From: Bdellovibrionales bacterium
Lineage (GTDB): Bacteria; Bdellovibrionota; Bdellovibrionia; Bdellovibrionales; CAYMLA01
Assembly (NCBI GenBank): GCA_965217115.1
Contig: OZ244239.1
Span: 1,120,001 to 1,184,000 of the forward strand
Direction of reading: 5' to 3'
Length of the DNA stretch: 64,000 bases
This document shows positions 61,644 to 64,000 of this stretch, piece after piece. Position numbers and translations under genes: made by a program. Under the pieces are notes generated by a model. That model saw only the letters and a program-made list of their open reading frames with translations, did no database searches and had not been told where the DNA came from. Numbering within the stretch: position 1 is the first letter of the stretch; every line of letters begins with the position of its first letter.

Positions 61644-62986
61644 CTAGCAGCTTTTTTACATTGGCTCCAAAAACTTTTATATTCAGGAAAGACCTCTTCA
61701 AAAAAAATATGTTTTCTTTTATCGTACTCTACAAACATTTTATAGAAATCAGCTTGTAACATTTTTTTCTTTAAAAAATGAATTTTATTTTTTTTCATAT
61801 ACTCCACGACCCTGTTTAAACGATCTATTTCATCAGTATTAAAATTATTTTTTTTCATATATTCTACTGCTAAGGTTAAATAGGAGCTAAATGATTTAGG
61901 CAAAATAAATATGGTTAAATGTTCAGGGTTTCTCAGGTAGGGTGTATCCAAGTTAATTTGATGGCGATCAAAGGTTGTTCGTTGGTAGTGTATTTTCTTA
62001 AGAAGGCCTTTCAAGCCAGGTAAACTTAAAGCATTAACTGTGATCATGTAAGAAATAGTTATGGGCCACTTAACTCTTGTAAGAATTTTTTCGACATTCT
62101 CCATAAATTTTTCATACTGTAAACCAAAGCGAATATATTCAGCCTGCTTACCACAGGTATCTATACTAACGAATAACTGAAACACCTCAACTTTTCCCTC
62201 TAAAGCATTTATCTTCTCAATCAATCGATTAATTAAATTATCTGGCACTGACATATTTGAATTAACCGCTAATGTTAATTTTGGCTTAGGGTTTTTAATA
62301 ATATCATCTAATGTTCTCCACGTATGACTCGACAAGAGAGGCTCTCCTCCTGTGATTCGAAAGACTTTTAATGACTCTGACAGACTTGGCCACCACTTCC
62401 AGAACGCATTGTAATAAAATTCTCGGTCTTCTTTTTTCAAAGGGAGTGTTTTGTTTATTCTAAGATCATTGTATAACCTTGATGTTGGATAAGCTCCGTA
62501 TTGACGAATTTCTTCATGCCATTTACTCGAATAAGAGGGACTACAGTACATACACTTAAGATTACATGTGGACTCAAAAGCTATTTCCACATTAGTCGGG
62601 TTTAACAACGGGCCATCAGAGCTTTTTACAACCTCTTCAAAGTGTGGCCAAGCCCAAAAGCGACGGCTTTTATAAATTCGATCACTAATCTCACCAACTT
62701 TTTCAATGTTCCAGCAGTACTGGCACTCTTTAGGATAAACTCCTGAGATCATCTTCCGACGTTGTTTTCTTTTGTAAGAAGAATTGTGCAAGGCCCTCTC
62801 ATTATCACGGACTTCTTGAAAAGGAACTCGATGAGATCGAACGTGATGACAGCTTTGGGTATTGCCATTATACAAATGCAATGTGACCTGCGTCCATTTC
62901 GCCAAACAAAAAGACGGTGATACTTGATCGAGCTTTTTCTTAACTAGCTCTAGCTTTTCATATTCCATTAAAACAACCCATGGCAT
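61619..62986 (-). CDS. Radical SAM protein with N-terminal Twitch/SPASM-like Cys motif
   Basis: CNLKCMYC, ITGGEPLL, SIDT; N-terminal FCLAKW..SCHH..CQYCW. Confidence 0.88.
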   Translation of the reverse strand: MPWVVLMEYEKLELVKKKLDQVSPSFCLAKWTQVTLHLYNGNTQSCHHVRSHRVPFQEVRDNERALHNSSYKRKQRRKMISGVYPKECQYCWNIEKVGEISDRIYKSRRFWAWPHFEEVVKSSDGPLLNPTNVEIAFESTCNLKCMYCSPSYSSKWHEEIRQYGAYPTSRLYNDLRINKTLPLKKEDREFYYNAFWKWWPSLSESLKVFRITGGEPLLSSHTWRTLDDIIKNPKPKLTLAVNSNMSVPDNLINRLIEKINALEGKVEVFQLFVSIDTCGKQAEYIRFGLQYEKFMENVEKILTRVKWPITISYMITVNALSLPGLKGLLKKIHYQRTTFDRHQINLDTPYLRNPEHLTIFILPKSFSSYLTLAVEYMKKNNFNTDEIDRLNRVVEYMKKNKIHFLKKKMLQADFYKMFVEYDKRKHIFFEEVFPEYKSFWSQCKKAARWFPWIKI

Positions 62987-63068
62987 GTCGCGCCAATGTC
63001 CAGGGCAACATCGCTACAATAGAAGAGCTCTGATACCTCAAAAGAATTTATGAAACAATAGCTTTGTT

Positions 63069-63550
63069 ATGGGAGATATCACCAAGAAAATCAAAGAAAA
63101 TCGAATATTATTTGTTATCACTATAGTGGCTAGTATCGCAATTATTAATAAACTTCAAAAAACCTTATCGTCATCAGAAGTAAGTACCAATGTTACTAAA
63201 AACTCTTTCAACCGAGGAACCTCTTCTGTCACGAAACAAAAAGTAGCAAAACAGGTTTATAAAAAAAGGCTCATCGTAATAAACCAACATCACAGGTGCT
63301 CTCTCCTTTAAAAGGAGACAGTGCGGGGCGTTATTTTAAATTTATACCTATCGATGAAAAAAATATGAAGGAAATCGTTATTGGTCATACTATAATAAGA
63401 CTTCCTTATCCTTCAAATTCCTACTTTGAACAAGGGGAGAACTCTCCTCTTTATTTGGTTATTAAAGATTTGACGGAACTTTATGTTGGCGGTGATCGTG
63501 TTGAAAATATTCAAAAAACCTATGAAAATCAAAAACTTGTATTATCGTAA
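63069..63550 (+). pseudogene. Membrane-anchored hypothetical gene split by a homopolymer frameshift
   Basis: ORFs 63069..63311 and 63296..63550 join into ~160 aa if the A7 run at 63261-63267 is read as A8. Confidence 0.55.
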
Positions 63551-63606
63551 GAATCATTCAAAATTATTTTTTCTAAGCAATTCTCAAATTTGAAGGGTCC
63601 TATTGA

Positions 63607-64000
63607 ATGAAGCAAATAAAAAAAAGCACAAGACAGTACGTCTTTCGCTCCTCTCCTGAATGTCACCTTAAATGCTCTTATTGCTATGCTCTAGGAATGA
63701 AATCCCAAGGAGAGAAAACTCTTTCTTCTCTAAAAAAAGGTATCACCAAAGCTCAGTTTGGCCGTAACCACAATTTCATATTTCCATGTAACACTGTTTT
63801 TTCCGAAAAATTGAACGATATTTTAAAACTCTCTGTTGGACAAAAAAAATCTTGGCTTCTTCACTGTCAATACCCTACAGATACTTGGGAAAAAGTTCTA
63901 GGTTTAAGCCTAGATGATCCTATCTATATCTGGCTGGATGACTGGAATAATGAAATTAACACTAAGTTACAAAATATAATTACACAAAATCGTTCTTACA
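63607..64000 (+). CDS. Radical SAM-motif protein (partial, runs off the window end)
   Basis: ATG 63607 open to the end: MKQIKKSTRQYVFRSSPECHLKCSYCYALG.. contains CxxxCxxC; not in the ORF track. Confidence 0.7.
   Translation, partial: MKQIKKSTRQYVFRSSPECHLKCSYCYALGMKSQGEKTLSSLKKGITKAQFGRNHNFIFPCNTVFSEKLNDILKLSVGQKKSWLLHCQYPTDTWEKVLGLSLDDPIYIWLDDWNNEINTKLQNIITQNRSY

Larger units (their letters stand above)
52418..64000. mobile_element. Putative genomic island (glycan synthesis/modification cargo), right end outside the window
   Basis: tRNA-fragment boundary, change in strand G/C bias, IS remnants, frameshifted genes, accessory cargo; no integrase within the window. Confidence 0.65.

Overview
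AT-rich bacterial chromosome segment, most likely from a Bdellovibrionota (predatory Bdellovibrio-like) organism. The inference rests on the gene order at 35-52 kb: flp pilins, cpaA, TadE-like minor pilins, cpaB, cpaC, a tadZ-tadA fusion, tadB, an RHS-repeat gene, small secreted peptides, cheY, groEL and groES. This recalls the Bdellovibrio 'hit' (host-interaction) locus. Bases 1-52.4 kb are backbone: housekeeping genes (typA, dusB, tRNA-Phe, a cystathionine lyase, uppP, sucCD, icd, ndk, an RlmD-like methyltransferase, nadE, groESL) mixed with lineage-specific secreted proteins. These include a three-gene secreted protease operon and a 62% Lys/Arg histone H1-like protein. A lone, divergent PduT-like tandem-BMC (microcompartment shell) gene sits head-to-head with the Tad pilus operon. 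At 52399-52417 a detached tRNA(Ser-like) 3' end marks the edge of a genomic island that runs past the window end. The island carries UDP-GlcA/UDP-xylose/UDP-Gal synthesis genes, four GT2 glycosyltransferases, two radical SAM genes and two IS remnants. All calls are by eye from motifs and recalled family knowledge; no searches were run.
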